From Verrucomicrobiota bacterium (lineage in GTDB: Bacteria; Verrucomicrobiota; Verrucomicrobiia; Limisphaerales; SIBE01): a stretch of DNA of 64,000 nt. Under the pieces are notes generated by a model. That model had not been told where the DNA came from and searched no databases. It saw only the letters and a program-made list of their open reading frames with translations. This document shows positions 9,490-18,947 of this stretch, in pieces. Positions within the stretch are counted from its first letter, which is position 1. Every line of letters begins with the position of its first letter. The position numbers were made by a program, and so were the translations under genes. The stretch is taken from positions 16,493 to 80,492 of the forward strand of contig JAIPJX010000003.1 of assembly GCA_021733945.1 (NCBI GenBank), given 5' to 3'.

Positions 9490-10401
9490 ATGCAGGACGT
9501 GCTTTACATCCTAAGCCCAAGCTATAGCGGTTCAACCTTGCTGACCTTTCTCCTGGCAGCCCATCCGGACATTGCCACCGTGGGAGAACTGAAGGCCACC
9601 TCGATGGGCGATATCGAGAGTTACCCTTGTTCCTGCGGGTCCCTGTTGGTGAGCTGCAGCTTTTGGCGTCAGGTGAAGGAGGGCATGCAGCGGGGGAATG
9701 GTTCCTTTAATCTGGAGGCATTCGGCACCCATTTCAATGAGGGCCCGGTGATTTTCAGACGTCTGATCAGGCTCGGTCTCCGGCATCCATTCCTGGAGGT
9801 GTTGAGTTCGCTGGCGCTGGCGGCAGTGCCCGGATACAAAGCTCGACATTCGAGAATCCTCGACCAGAACCGGCGGCTGATCGAGTTGGTTACAAATCTT
9901 CAGGGCGCTCGCGTCTTCCTCGATGGCTCCAAGGATCCGGAACGGCTCCATCAGTTTCGAAAGAGGTTGCCCTGGCCGCTGAAGGTCATTCATCTGGTCC
10001 GGGACGGAAGAGGAGTCACCAACTCTTACATGAAGCACTATGGAACAGGGATGACAGAGGCCCTTCGTGAGTGGCTGTGGACGGATCGTGCCTGCAAACG
10101 AGCTCTCTCCGGGCTGGACTCCTCGCAGGGCATGACGGTTCGCTATGAAGATCTCTGCCGGGATCCGAAGGACGTTTTGGGGGCGATCTTTCGTTTTGCG
10201 GGCATCGCGGAAAACCCCGCCACCCTGCGCTCCGAGGCCTCAGACTTCCATATCCTTGGCAACTCCATGCGTTTGGATCGAAGCAAGGGGATTGGTTTGG
10301 ATGAGAAATGGCGCTCTGAGCTTTCGGAAGAGAACCTGGGCCTGTTTGAACGCCTCGCGGGCCGGTGCAACCAACAATACGGATACGCATCATTCGTTTG
10401 A
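9490..10401 (+). CDS. Sulfotransferase-family protein
   Basis: YILSPSYSGSTLLTFLL resembles the 5'-phosphosulfate-binding loop (PKxGTT-like). IHLVRDGRGVTNS resembles the 3'-phosphate-binding RDxR motif. Size (303 aa) fits bacterial Stf0/Sulfotransfer-type enzymes. Confidence 0.6.
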   Translation: MQDVLYILSPSYSGSTLLTFLLAAHPDIATVGELKATSMGDIESYPCSCGSLLVSCSFWRQVKEGMQRGNGSFNLEAFGTHFNEGPVIFRRLIRLGLRHPFLEVLSSLALAAVPGYKARHSRILDQNRRLIELVTNLQGARVFLDGSKDPERLHQFRKRLPWPLKVIHLVRDGRGVTNSYMKHYGTGMTEALREWLWTDRACKRALSGLDSSQGMTVRYEDLCRDPKDVLGAIFRFAGIAENPATLRSEASDFHILGNSMRLDRSKGIGLDEKWRSELSEENLGLFERLAGRCNQQYGYASFV

Positions 10402-10427
10402 AAATAACCACAACACAAGGTGCCGAC

Positions 10428-11960
10428 TTGACCGGCCGGGATCGTCTCGTGAAGAACGTTCTGTTCAGTTGGGGCGGGCAGTTCGTATTCATCCTGGCGG
10501 GTTTCATCATGCCGCGAATGATTGACGCCAGGCTGGGGCAGGATCTGCTGGGCGTGTGGGATTTCGCCTGGTCACTGGTGGCGTCCTTCCAGTGGATCGA
10601 AGCGGGAATCTCCGGCTCGGTGAACCGCTATGTGGGCCGCTATTGGGCCGCACGAGATCAGTCGGGCATCAATCGCGTTGTCAGTTCCGCGACCGCAGTT
10701 CTGGTGTTTGCGGCCTTGCTGGTGCTGATTCTGACGGTCACGCTCTCGGTCGAACTGCCCCGGTTCTTTGGCAGTCGGTTGGGTGAACACACCTTGAGCG
10801 CTCAATGGGCGGTGCTTTTTCTTGGATCCTCAATGAGTGTTCAGATGGCGGTGGGGGCCTTTAACGGAGTTGTTACGGGGTGTCATCGGTGGGAACTGTT
10901 GAACATCATTCGCAGCAGCTGGTACCTGGTCGCCGCCATGAGCATGGTGGCAGCATTATTTCAGGGAGGCGGGTTGTTGGCTCTGGCTGCGCTGACGTTT
11001 GTCGGCGAAGTCGGCGGACAAATGACGCGCGTGGTTGTGGCCCATCGCATATGCCCGGGATTGAGACTCCGGCGGTCCCTGGTCTCGTGGTCCACGATCA
11101 GGGAGATGTATGTCTTTGGCGGCAAGGTGTTGCTGCAAAGTGTCTCGAACCTGTTGCTGCAGTCCACGACCAGCGTGCTGATCCTGGCGTTTCTTGGTCC
11201 GGCGGCTCTGGCTCTGTACTCGCGGCCTCGCGCTCTGGTGCACCAAATGAATTCGCTGATCAGGCGCATGACAATGACCTTGATTCCCACGACGAGCTCG
11301 ATGGAGGGTTCCGGAGACCTTGAAGCGGTTCAGGAACTGCTTCTAAAATCAGTGCGCTACACATTGTATCTCACGTTGCCGATTGTCCTGACATTGTCCT
11401 TTTTCGGAGGGCCGATTCTCCGGCTCTGGATGGGATCCGAGTACGCAAACGGGGTTTTGGTGATGGTGGTAGCGGTCGGCGCCCTCGGGCCCATCGCGCA
11501 GACTCCGGTGCTGGACATTCTGGTCGGCCTCAACTGTCACGGCCGCGCTTCGGTGGGGCAGTTGATCGCGTCGCTGTGCGCGATTGGCGCGCTCTATGTC
11601 GCGCTGGGGCAACTGGGTCTCGGAATCACGGGAGCGGCCCTTGTCGTTGCATTGCCGCGCACCCTGCTGAGCACCATCTATTATCCGCTCCTGATCTGTT
11701 CGCGACTTGGCCTGAGTGTTGGGGATTACGCACGCTCGGTTGCTGTCGGCCCGAGCCTGCACCTCCTGCCGTTCGCGGCGTGTTTGGGGGGGGCACGATT
11801 GATCTTTCGGGAGGCGCCGCTGGAAGGTTTGTTTTGGAGCGGTGCACTGGGGGGCGGCATGCTGGCGATCGTGTATTGGCGATACGTTCTGCCGGCTCGG
11901 ATTAAGACCTGGGTGCGAGGGGCTCTGGGAGTGGCCATGAGGCCCAAGGCGGCCGTCTGA
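10428..11960 (+). CDS. Wzx-type (MOP superfamily) polysaccharide flippase
   Basis: About 12-14 hydrophobic helices; N-terminus LVKNVLFSWGGQFVFILAGFIMPRMIDARLGQDLLGVW is typical of oligosaccharide flippases. Start is uncertain: TTG 10428, GTG 10449 or ATG 10509. The track start 10365 overlaps the previous gene. Confidence 0.75.
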   Translation: MTGRDRLVKNVLFSWGGQFVFILAGFIMPRMIDARLGQDLLGVWDFAWSLVASFQWIEAGISGSVNRYVGRYWAARDQSGINRVVSSATAVLVFAALLVLILTVTLSVELPRFFGSRLGEHTLSAQWAVLFLGSSMSVQMAVGAFNGVVTGCHRWELLNIIRSSWYLVAAMSMVAALFQGGGLLALAALTFVGEVGGQMTRVVVAHRICPGLRLRRSLVSWSTIREMYVFGGKVLLQSVSNLLLQSTTSVLILAFLGPAALALYSRPRALVHQMNSLIRRMTMTLIPTTSSMEGSGDLEAVQELLLKSVRYTLYLTLPIVLTLSFFGGPILRLWMGSEYANGVLVMVVAVGALGPIAQTPVLDILVGLNCHGRASVGQLIASLCAIGALYVALGQLGLGITGAALVVALPRTLLSTIYYPLLICSRLGLSVGDYARSVAVGPSLHLLPFAACLGGARLIFREAPLEGLFWSGALGGGMLAIVYWRYVLPARIKTWVRGALGVAMRPKAAV

Positions 11961-12121
11961 TGAACCACTCCGACGTGCCTGGAAAAGCGACTCGTTCATC
12001 CAGATCGGTCCCGGGCTCGAAACGATGACCCTTTACCTCGTTCGGTGCCGGGAGTCTTCGCAGAATTGCCACTGGCATTCATTGGTTCGATCCATTCGCG
12101 CAACTCAACACACAAAACGAT

Positions 12122-14029
12122 ATGCATTCCCACAGACTAACACGCACGAACACACACACGAGATTATCGGCGATGGTTGGCTTCTGCGCCATCCTGAGCC
12201 TGTTTGCACCGGCGTGCTTGCAGGCGGCGCCGGTGGCCGACGCCGGTCCCGATAGTGTCTACGGCCCGGATGTCCCGATCATCCTGGACGGCAGCCAGTC
12301 CACCAGCGACCGCGGGCCGTTGACCTACTTGTGGGAGCAAATCAACGGCGACCCGGTTGAACTGATCGGTCAGGACCGCGCCATCGCGATGGTGATGCCC
12401 ACATCCGCGACCGGGCCCCGCGTTTTCCGGTTGTCCGTTTCGACCGGCAACACGACGGCTACGGACGACGTTGCGATTGCGGTGATGAAGGGACCCGGGA
12501 GGATCCTCTACGTCGATAACCAGCTGGGTTCCAACTGCCTGAACAACAACTATTCGATCGCGAAACGCGACGGGTCCGGTTCCGATGGCAACGCGTATGC
12601 AAGCCTGCAGGAAGCGGCGGATGTTGTTCTGCCGGGAGACACGGTCTATGTGCGCGCAGGCACCTACCCGAACACGTACATTTCCAACAAAGTCTATCTT
12701 GAGACCAATGTCTCTCAGTCGGGAACCGCGCAGCAGCCGATCCGTTTCGAGAACCATAACGGTGAAAAGGTCATTTTAAGCGGCTTCGGTTTCCAGGATG
12801 CAGACCTGGACGGAGATGGTTTCGCCGACGGGCCGATCCATTCCAGCAAGCGCGAAACCCTGTTCAAGATCACCGGGGATTATATCCAGGTGGTGGGCCT
12901 GGAATTCACGAATTCGCAGCAGAATGGGCTCTCGGTGCATGGGAGCTTCTGCTACATCACGGAATGCGTTTCCCACGACAACTGGGGCGGGAATGCCTCT
13001 CTGGAAAGCACCGGTCCGAGGACGCTGCGGGGAAATGTGTTTCGACGCCTGGAGTGTTACAGGTCCAGACACAACCCGGGTTTCGGGATGTTTATGAACT
13101 CAAGAGCGCCGGGTCTTGTCAGGGATAACGCGATTGTGGAATGCCTCTTTTACAACAACGGATACCAACCCGACGGCAAGATGGTCAGTAAAGCTTTTGG
13201 TGATAGTTCAGGGGGCGGCAATTCCGATGGCTTTGTTGTCAGCAAGGTATTCGCTGAGGTGTCGGCAAAAGATAAGTCCGTGGAAAACTACGCTCCGAAC
13301 AACTTTCTCATTCGAAACATAGCGTATCACAATGCAGACGATGGGATTGATGTGTCGTTTGCCGATTCGTTGCTGGAAGATAACATGGCCATCGAAAACG
13401 GCCCCGAAGGAGGCAATGGATTCAAGGTGTTCCGACCGGTCAGTGGACTGGTGTATCGAGGGAACCTTGCTTACGGAAACCACCGCCGGGGTTTCGAGCT
13501 TCGCGAAGCGAAGGGCGGTTCGGTGACCTGGATCCACAACACGTCGGTTCGAAACACGGGCGTTGGTGTTTATGGTCCCAATGCCGAGTCGGACGTGCGA
13601 AATAACCTTCTTGCGTTCAATGGGCTCAACGTGGAATTCGGTTCTGCGACCGGGAAGGGCGGGGAGAATTGGGCAAGCGACGGAAAAAATGTCGACAAGA
13701 ACTTCAGCGGCGATCCTGAGCTCGTGAACGACAGACTGACGCTCGACATGGAATTTAACCCCGAGTCGAGCGTCGGCAGCAAATGGGAATACGTCGTTTC
13801 TCAAATTCGCCGGAACTTTACCCCAAAGCGCGGCAGCGGACTCATCGACAATGGCAAACTCATTGAGGGTTACCATTGTCCGCGGGCGGACGACGATAAG
13901 GTGTCCCCAATGTCCAAAGATGCACCGGGACGCCACTGGTCCGGGAAAGCCCCGGATATCGGAGCCTTCGAATATCAACCGATCGGTCCGAAACCGCCCA
14001 GTAATTTGCGGGTGGTCATCAAGCCTTGA
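12122..14029 (+). CDS. Secreted PKD-like + right-handed parallel beta-helix protein (candidate polysaccharide lyase/hydrolase)
   Basis: Signal peptide MVGFCAILSLFAPACLQAAP. PKD/REJ-like module DAGPDSVYGPDVPIILDGSQSTSDRGPLTYLWEQ. Then YASLQEAADVVLPGDTVYVRAGTY and repeated N/G-rich beta-helix turns (NIAYHNADDGIDV, NLAYGNHRRGFEL, NTSVRNTGVGV). Confidence 0.7.
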   Translation: MHSHRLTRTNTHTRLSAMVGFCAILSLFAPACLQAAPVADAGPDSVYGPDVPIILDGSQSTSDRGPLTYLWEQINGDPVELIGQDRAIAMVMPTSATGPRVFRLSVSTGNTTATDDVAIAVMKGPGRILYVDNQLGSNCLNNNYSIAKRDGSGSDGNAYASLQEAADVVLPGDTVYVRAGTYPNTYISNKVYLETNVSQSGTAQQPIRFENHNGEKVILSGFGFQDADLDGDGFADGPIHSSKRETLFKITGDYIQVVGLEFTNSQQNGLSVHGSFCYITECVSHDNWGGNASLESTGPRTLRGNVFRRLECYRSRHNPGFGMFMNSRAPGLVRDNAIVECLFYNNGYQPDGKMVSKAFGDSSGGGNSDGFVVSKVFAEVSAKDKSVENYAPNNFLIRNIAYHNADDGIDVSFADSLLEDNMAIENGPEGGNGFKVFRPVSGLVYRGNLAYGNHRRGFELREAKGGSVTWIHNTSVRNTGVGVYGPNAESDVRNNLLAFNGLNVEFGSATGKGGENWASDGKNVDKNFSGDPELVNDRLTLDMEFNPESSVGSKWEYVVSQIRRNFTPKRGSGLIDNGKLIEGYHCPRADDDKVSPMSKDAPGRHWSGKAPDIGAFEYQPIGPKPPSNLRVVIKP

Positions 14030-14249
14030 TTTGCCGGGCAAGCAGGGAGGTTCCCGCAAGGGGACTCCCGCGGCACCCTGCTGTGGAATTGAGAAAGTTC
14101 GCCGGTAGGACAAGGATTCTCCGTAGGCGACGCGGCGATCGAGAATTCAGGAGCGTGACGGTTCGTTGCCGTTGAACGCCTCCCTTGAAGCGGGAACTCC
14201 GGATGAGGCGGGATCAAGAATGAGACCGTGTGATGGTTCTTCGTGTGGC

Positions 14250-15017
14250 ATGAAAGCAAAGCTTAGGAGTCTACTCTGTCAGTGGTTCGGTTGGTGCCCG
14301 TTGTTTCAGATCGCCGTAGGTGGTTATCGCTACTACAGGCACCTGGAAACGCTGACGCCTGCGCCGTCCAGATTTCTGCACTACGGAAGAAATGTCCGAC
14401 TCGGGGAGAGCATCCAGATCACGGCGCCCGAGCGCTGCTACATCGGCGACAACGCGGCTATCGGGTCTCGAACGGTCATCAACGCCGTCGGTGGATTTTA
14501 CTTGGGAGAATACTCAGCAATTGCGGACGAATGCTGGATATTAACCACCGAGCACCGGTTTCATGGTGCCACGGAACTGCCCTATGACGGGATACGCCAG
14601 ATCAAACCGGTTCATATCGGCGACTATGCATGGATTGGAATTCGCACCACAATCCTTTCCGGTGTTCGAATAGGGGACGGCGCGGTGGTGGCCATGGGCA
14701 GCGTGTTGGTCCGCGACGTGCCCCCCCTCTGCATTGTCTCGGGTAATCCCGCTGAGATTGTCGGGAAACGGCCGGCGAAGGAGTTTGAGGAGCTTCGCGC
14801 CAAACGGCGCGGTCGAGATCCGTTCGAGGATTGTTCCATGCTCTGGGTGCCACCGTTTATCCAAAGGAAGTACCGCCATGAGTTGAAAGTGTTCGGTTTG
14901 GACGTCGCCCCGGGCGAAGAGCATTTTGTTTACGACAAGCACCGGAGGAGTCTGGTGCGGGTGTCGAACCGGTATGCGCGAAAAGCGGTGGACCACGGCA
15001 ACCGCGGACGAGTATGA
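14250..15017 (+). CDS. Hexapeptide-repeat (LbH) O-acetyltransferase
   Basis: IGDNAAIGSRTVINAVGG..LGEYSAIADECWILT.EH...IGDYAWIGIRTTILSGVRIGDGAVVAMGSVLVRDVPPLCIVSGNPAEIV is a typical maltose/galactoside-acetyltransferase-like LbH core. Alternative starts are at 14166 (TTG) and 14220. Confidence 0.8.
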   Translation: MKAKLRSLLCQWFGWCPLFQIAVGGYRYYRHLETLTPAPSRFLHYGRNVRLGESIQITAPERCYIGDNAAIGSRTVINAVGGFYLGEYSAIADECWILTTEHRFHGATELPYDGIRQIKPVHIGDYAWIGIRTTILSGVRIGDGAVVAMGSVLVRDVPPLCIVSGNPAEIVGKRPAKEFEELRAKRRGRDPFEDCSMLWVPPFIQRKYRHELKVFGLDVAPGEEHFVYDKHRRSLVRVSNRYARKAVDHGNRGRV

Positions 15018-16498
15018 ACGAGATTGAAAGCGCCTTGCGCGGGACGGCTGCCGAAGATCCGGACCGCCTCGCAATTCAACATCGGGATCGTCGTCTTTCG
15101 TTCGGAGAGATCACCCGGAGTTACGATGAATTCGCAGCGCGTTGGCCCGATTTGGAAGCGGTGCGAATATTCATTCTCCTGCCAGATGGTTTGACCAGTT
15201 ATCTGGCCCATCTGTTCTTCTTTCTCCGTCGGGCGACCGTCATTCCGGTCTCGGTGAGGGCTGCCACCGCAAACATCGCGGAGCTTTCCGACCGGGTGCG
15301 CCCGCACCTTGTGGTGACAACGTCTCTTCTGGGGAGCCGTCATTCAGGAGCGTTGAGCTCTCTTCCCTGTCTTGAAGTGGACCTGGAGGATGTGAGGAGT
15401 CTGTGGGCAGACCGGGCGCTGAGAATGGTGCCTGAGCGGTGCTGTCCCGGGTTGGGAGGCCCTGTTCCTTCAAATCTGTCCGAGCAGCCACGTTTGATCG
15501 TGTTCACATCCGGGTCGACCGGAAAACCGAAGGGCGTTTGTCTGAGCGAAGGGAATGTCCTCGCGGCGGCCGGAATGATGGTCTCTTTTCTGAACCTCCA
15601 ACCGTCCCGACGAAGTCTCGTTACCGTTCCGCTGTTCGATTATTATGGATTCATTCAGATTTACGGCCATCTCCTGGCTCGGACTGGATACGTCCTCGGC
15701 GAGACCATTGGATTTCCGGACTCGCTTTGCAGCCGTCTCCTTGACGCACAAGTCACGGATCTGGTTCTTGTGCCACATTCCCTGCGCGAACTCCTGAGGT
15801 TCGTTGGATTAGACGGACGGGAGGTGTTCGGCGCCCTGCGGTTCATTACAAGTTCGAGTGATGTCCTGACGACGGATCTTCTGGAGGCTGCATTTTCGAA
15901 GAATCCGGAATTGAAGATCTTCAACATTTACGGTCTGACCGAAGCGGGTCGAGCCTGCTATCGAGAAATTGACAGGGGTTCCATTGGCTCGAACTCCATC
16001 GGGCGTCCGTCGCCGGGTGTGGAGATCGCGATTGACACTGAAAATGAAACCGCGGGAGAGATCATCATCAGGGGGCCGAATGTCATGCTTGGCTATATGC
16101 GGGCCATTGAGAACGGCGGGGTCGACTATGAGCCCTGCCGCGAGATTCGAACCGGCGATCTGGGACGACTCGGGGAGAACGGTGAAATCCTTCTATTGGG
16201 GCGTCGAGACCATCTGCTGAACATCATGGGGTCCAAGATCCATCCCGCGGAAATTGAGGCGGCCGCGTTGCGCGCCGCCGGCGTTAAAGACGCCCGCGCC
16301 CGGTCCTGTACGGCTGAAGATGGGCGAATCACAATTCGCCTGGATCTGGTATTGGCCGAGGCGGCGAGCGGTTTCGAATCGGTTCAAAGGCAATTGCGGA
16401 CGTCCTTGCCGAGTCTGTTCGTTCCGCAGGAATACAACGTCGTTTCGGAAATCGTACGGACGGAATTGGGATCCAAAGTAGTTCGCAGCCCATCATGA
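15014..16498 (+). CDS. AMP-dependent synthetase/ligase (acyl-CoA/acyl-carrier-protein ligase type)
   Basis: Adenylation core motifs LIVFTSGSTGKPKGVCLS, YGLTEAG, TGDLG and final Lys region IMGSKIHP. ATGA overlap with the preceding gene. Confidence 0.85.
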   Translation: MNEIESALRGTAAEDPDRLAIQHRDRRLSFGEITRSYDEFAARWPDLEAVRIFILLPDGLTSYLAHLFFFLRRATVIPVSVRAATANIAELSDRVRPHLVVTTSLLGSRHSGALSSLPCLEVDLEDVRSLWADRALRMVPERCCPGLGGPVPSNLSEQPRLIVFTSGSTGKPKGVCLSEGNVLAAAGMMVSFLNLQPSRRSLVTVPLFDYYGFIQIYGHLLARTGYVLGETIGFPDSLCSRLLDAQVTDLVLVPHSLRELLRFVGLDGREVFGALRFITSSSDVLTTDLLEAAFSKNPELKIFNIYGLTEAGRACYREIDRGSIGSNSIGRPSPGVEIAIDTENETAGEIIIRGPNVMLGYMRAIENGGVDYEPCREIRTGDLGRLGENGEILLLGRRDHLLNIMGSKIHPAEIEAAALRAAGVKDARARSCTAEDGRITIRLDLVLAEAASGFESVQRQLRTSLPSLFVPQEYNVVSEIVRTELGSKVVRSPS

Positions 16499-17388
16499 TC
16501 GACACTCACGCGCACCTGTTTCATCCCGCCTGGTATCCCCGGCCTTTCCTGGAGGCTCTCGTTCGTGACTTTGCGGCGCGGCGCAAGAGCTCAGGTTCTT
16601 CCAACGAAAGTGCCGCGCTGGAACGAACGCTTTTGAGGATGCTGACCGACGCGACCGGCGAGATGACGCTTCGCATCATGGACAGGATCGGGATCGAGAA
16701 ACGAGTCGTGCTCGTTGTCGATTGGGGAGTCGAAATCGGCGAGGCTGAGAAGTCCCTCTGGCAGATCCATAAGGAAATCTTCGGCATCTGCAACCGCTAT
16801 CCGGATAGGTTCGTCGGTTTCGCCGGGGTGGATCCCCGGCGAAGGGACGCTACCAAACTGATCACCTGGGCTTTTGACGGGCTCGGTGCGCGTGGGCTGA
16901 AGTTGCATCCTACGGGAGGTTGGCGGCTTACAGATTCTGCGACGGTTGATGTGGTCGGACTTGCGGCTGAAAGGAACCTGCCCGTGTTGGTCCATTTGGG
17001 AAGGACGGTAGACGTCCTGAGCGATGCCAACGCGCAGCCGCAGCCCTTCATGGATCTGGCACGCCTTTTCCCGTCGATTCCATTGATCGCCGGACACAGT
17101 GGCTTCGAGTTGTGTCGAAGTTTCGTGGACTCGGATTCCGTGCCCTCGAATATTCTGTTCGACATCTCCGGTTGGCAAACTCGGATGCAGGCCGAGGGAC
17201 AGGCTGCATTCCTGGATCTGGAAGCGATGTTCGGGGCGTTTCCAGGTCGCGTGTGTTTTGCCACGGACAGCCCGTTTTTCAGCTACAATTTGGTTGCGTC
17301 GGAACAACGGTGGATCGACCAGCTAATGCCGACTTATGCGGGGAAATGGGCGGATGTCCCCCTGGCGTTGCCATCGCTGTTTTCGTAG
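16495..17388 (+). CDS. Metal-dependent amidohydrolase (amidohydrolase_2/TIM-barrel type)
   Basis: MIDTHAHLFHP (HxH metal site), KLHP, VLVHLG and GHSG strand-end motifs. ATGA overlap with the ligase gene. Confidence 0.7.
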   Translation: MIDTHAHLFHPAWYPRPFLEALVRDFAARRKSSGSSNESAALERTLLRMLTDATGEMTLRIMDRIGIEKRVVLVVDWGVEIGEAEKSLWQIHKEIFGICNRYPDRFVGFAGVDPRRRDATKLITWAFDGLGARGLKLHPTGGWRLTDSATVDVVGLAAERNLPVLVHLGRTVDVLSDANAQPQPFMDLARLFPSIPLIAGHSGFELCRSFVDSDSVPSNILFDISGWQTRMQAEGQAAFLDLEAMFGAFPGRVCFATDSPFFSYNLVASEQRWIDQLMPTYAGKWADVPLALPSLFS

Positions 17389-17569
17389 GAGGCATCGTTC
17401 GTGTGCATTCAATCCGGGCGCTTGGACTGTCGACGCCGGGCATTCGGAGTCCCGGCCTGGGCTCGTCCGGGCGGTCTGAGCGCTGGCTGCAGAGGTTCAT
17501 TATTCCCTACCGGTCCCTCATCGGCGTCCGGTTTTAGAACTGAATTTAAGAAAACAACCCCACAACCGT

Positions 17570-17839
17570 ATGAATCGCCATCAAATACTGCAGCAGTTCA
17601 GAGATTTCATCGTGGAAGAGGCGAATCTCGACGATCCGACTGTCTTGGATCGATGCAGCAATATGTTCGAAGAGGGGCTTGTGGACTCGTTGTTCGTCGT
17701 GACGCTGGTCGCCTTCTGTGAGTCCACATTCGGCTGCGAGCTCGAGACGGCAGAGCTGTCTGCCGAGAACTTCGCTACGCCCGAAACCCTCGCCGATTTC
17801 GTCTGCGCGAGACTCGAAGCCAGGGAACAGATTCCGTGA
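17570..17839 (+). CDS. Free-standing acyl/peptidyl carrier protein
   Basis: 89 aa, acidic, four-helix pattern with EEGLVDSLFVVTLV. The DSL serine is the expected phosphopantetheine attachment site. Confidence 0.75.
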   Translation: MNRHQILQQFRDFIVEEANLDDPTVLDRCSNMFEEGLVDSLFVVTLVAFCESTFGCELETAELSAENFATPETLADFVCARLEAREQIP

Positions 17840-17979
17840 AAGCTCCGGTGACAAGGCGCAATGGCGAATATGAAGGCCAATGAGCGGGGAACGCGCGATT
17901 GGCCGGTCGGGCACTTCGGTGTTCCACCGATTCTGAGTCTTATGAGAACGGCGAACTACGGGAGAGAGCATTTCCATCC

Positions 17980-18945
17980 ATGAAAGAACAGCGAATCTTG
18001 ATCCTTGGAGGGGCTGGCTTTTTGGGCAGCCACGTGGCACGGACGTTTATGCTTTCGGGTTGGTGTGTGGGGATTATCGACGGACTCGTTGCGGGCACGG
18101 GTGGGGCGGTATCAAACCTGGGCGGCCGGAAGAAGGATCTGGCATTCGCGTGCTGGCAACCGATTGAGCGTACCGTCGATTTGGAGAAGCACCTGCGCTG
18201 GGCCGATGTGATCGTGGACGCCATGGCGTTCACCGGACATCTCGAGGGATATGCGCAGCCGCTCATGGATGCCGAGTTTAACCTGCTTTGCCATCTTCGA
18301 CTGATCCAGGCGCTCAAGTCCTGTCCCGGGAAACGGGTGATCTACCTGGCAAGCCGAAGCCAATATGGACTGGTGCCTGGGGAGGTTGTCACCGAAGATT
18401 CTCCCTGCCAAGCGCTCGATCCGCAGGGTATCAACAAACTGGCGGCGGAACATTTTTTTCGGATTTACGGAAAAACCCATGGTTTTGAGACCGTCTCCCT
18501 CCGATTGACGAACTGCTACGGTCCCCAGCAGCGTTTGACCGGTGAAACGGGATTGGTCGGATCGTTCATTCAGGATGTTCTCGACGACAAGGTGATCGAG
18601 ATTTTTGGAAACGCTCGACGGAAAAAGAACCTGCTTTACGCGGGGGACGCGGCGGGGATCATCTTCGATGTGACGCAGAGGGAGTGGAAGGGTTTCGAGG
18701 TGTTTAATGTGGGCGGGACGGAAGCCAGCCTGGCGGATTTGCTGGAAATGATCTTCCGATACGCCGGCAAGGGACGGTTCGAGGTCAAATCCTTCCCGGA
18801 GGCGATCAAAAAGATCGACGTGGGTGAAGCCCGTTTCTCGGATGAGAAACTCCGGTTGTTTCTCGGACACTCCGAGAGGACCGACCTGGGCCAGGCCGTT
18901 GAACGGACGGTCGATTACTTCAAACGCAGTCAAACCAAGGAATAA
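17980..18945 (+). CDS. NAD-dependent sugar epimerase/dehydratase (extended SDR)
   Basis: RILILGGAGFLGSHVAR Rossmann motif, a catalytic-region YxxxK-like segment (INKLAAEH) and LRLTNCYGP. ATG at 17980 was chosen over the track start 17899. Confidence 0.8.
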   Translation: MKEQRILILGGAGFLGSHVARTFMLSGWCVGIIDGLVAGTGGAVSNLGGRKKDLAFACWQPIERTVDLEKHLRWADVIVDAMAFTGHLEGYAQPLMDAEFNLLCHLRLIQALKSCPGKRVIYLASRSQYGLVPGEVVTEDSPCQALDPQGINKLAAEHFFRIYGKTHGFETVSLRLTNCYGPQQRLTGETGLVGSFIQDVLDDKVIEIFGNARRKKNLLYAGDAAGIIFDVTQREWKGFEVFNVGGTEASLADLLEMIFRYAGKGRFEVKSFPEAIKKIDVGEARFSDEKLRLFLGHSERTDLGQAVERTVDYFKRSQTKE

Positions 18946-18947
18946 CG

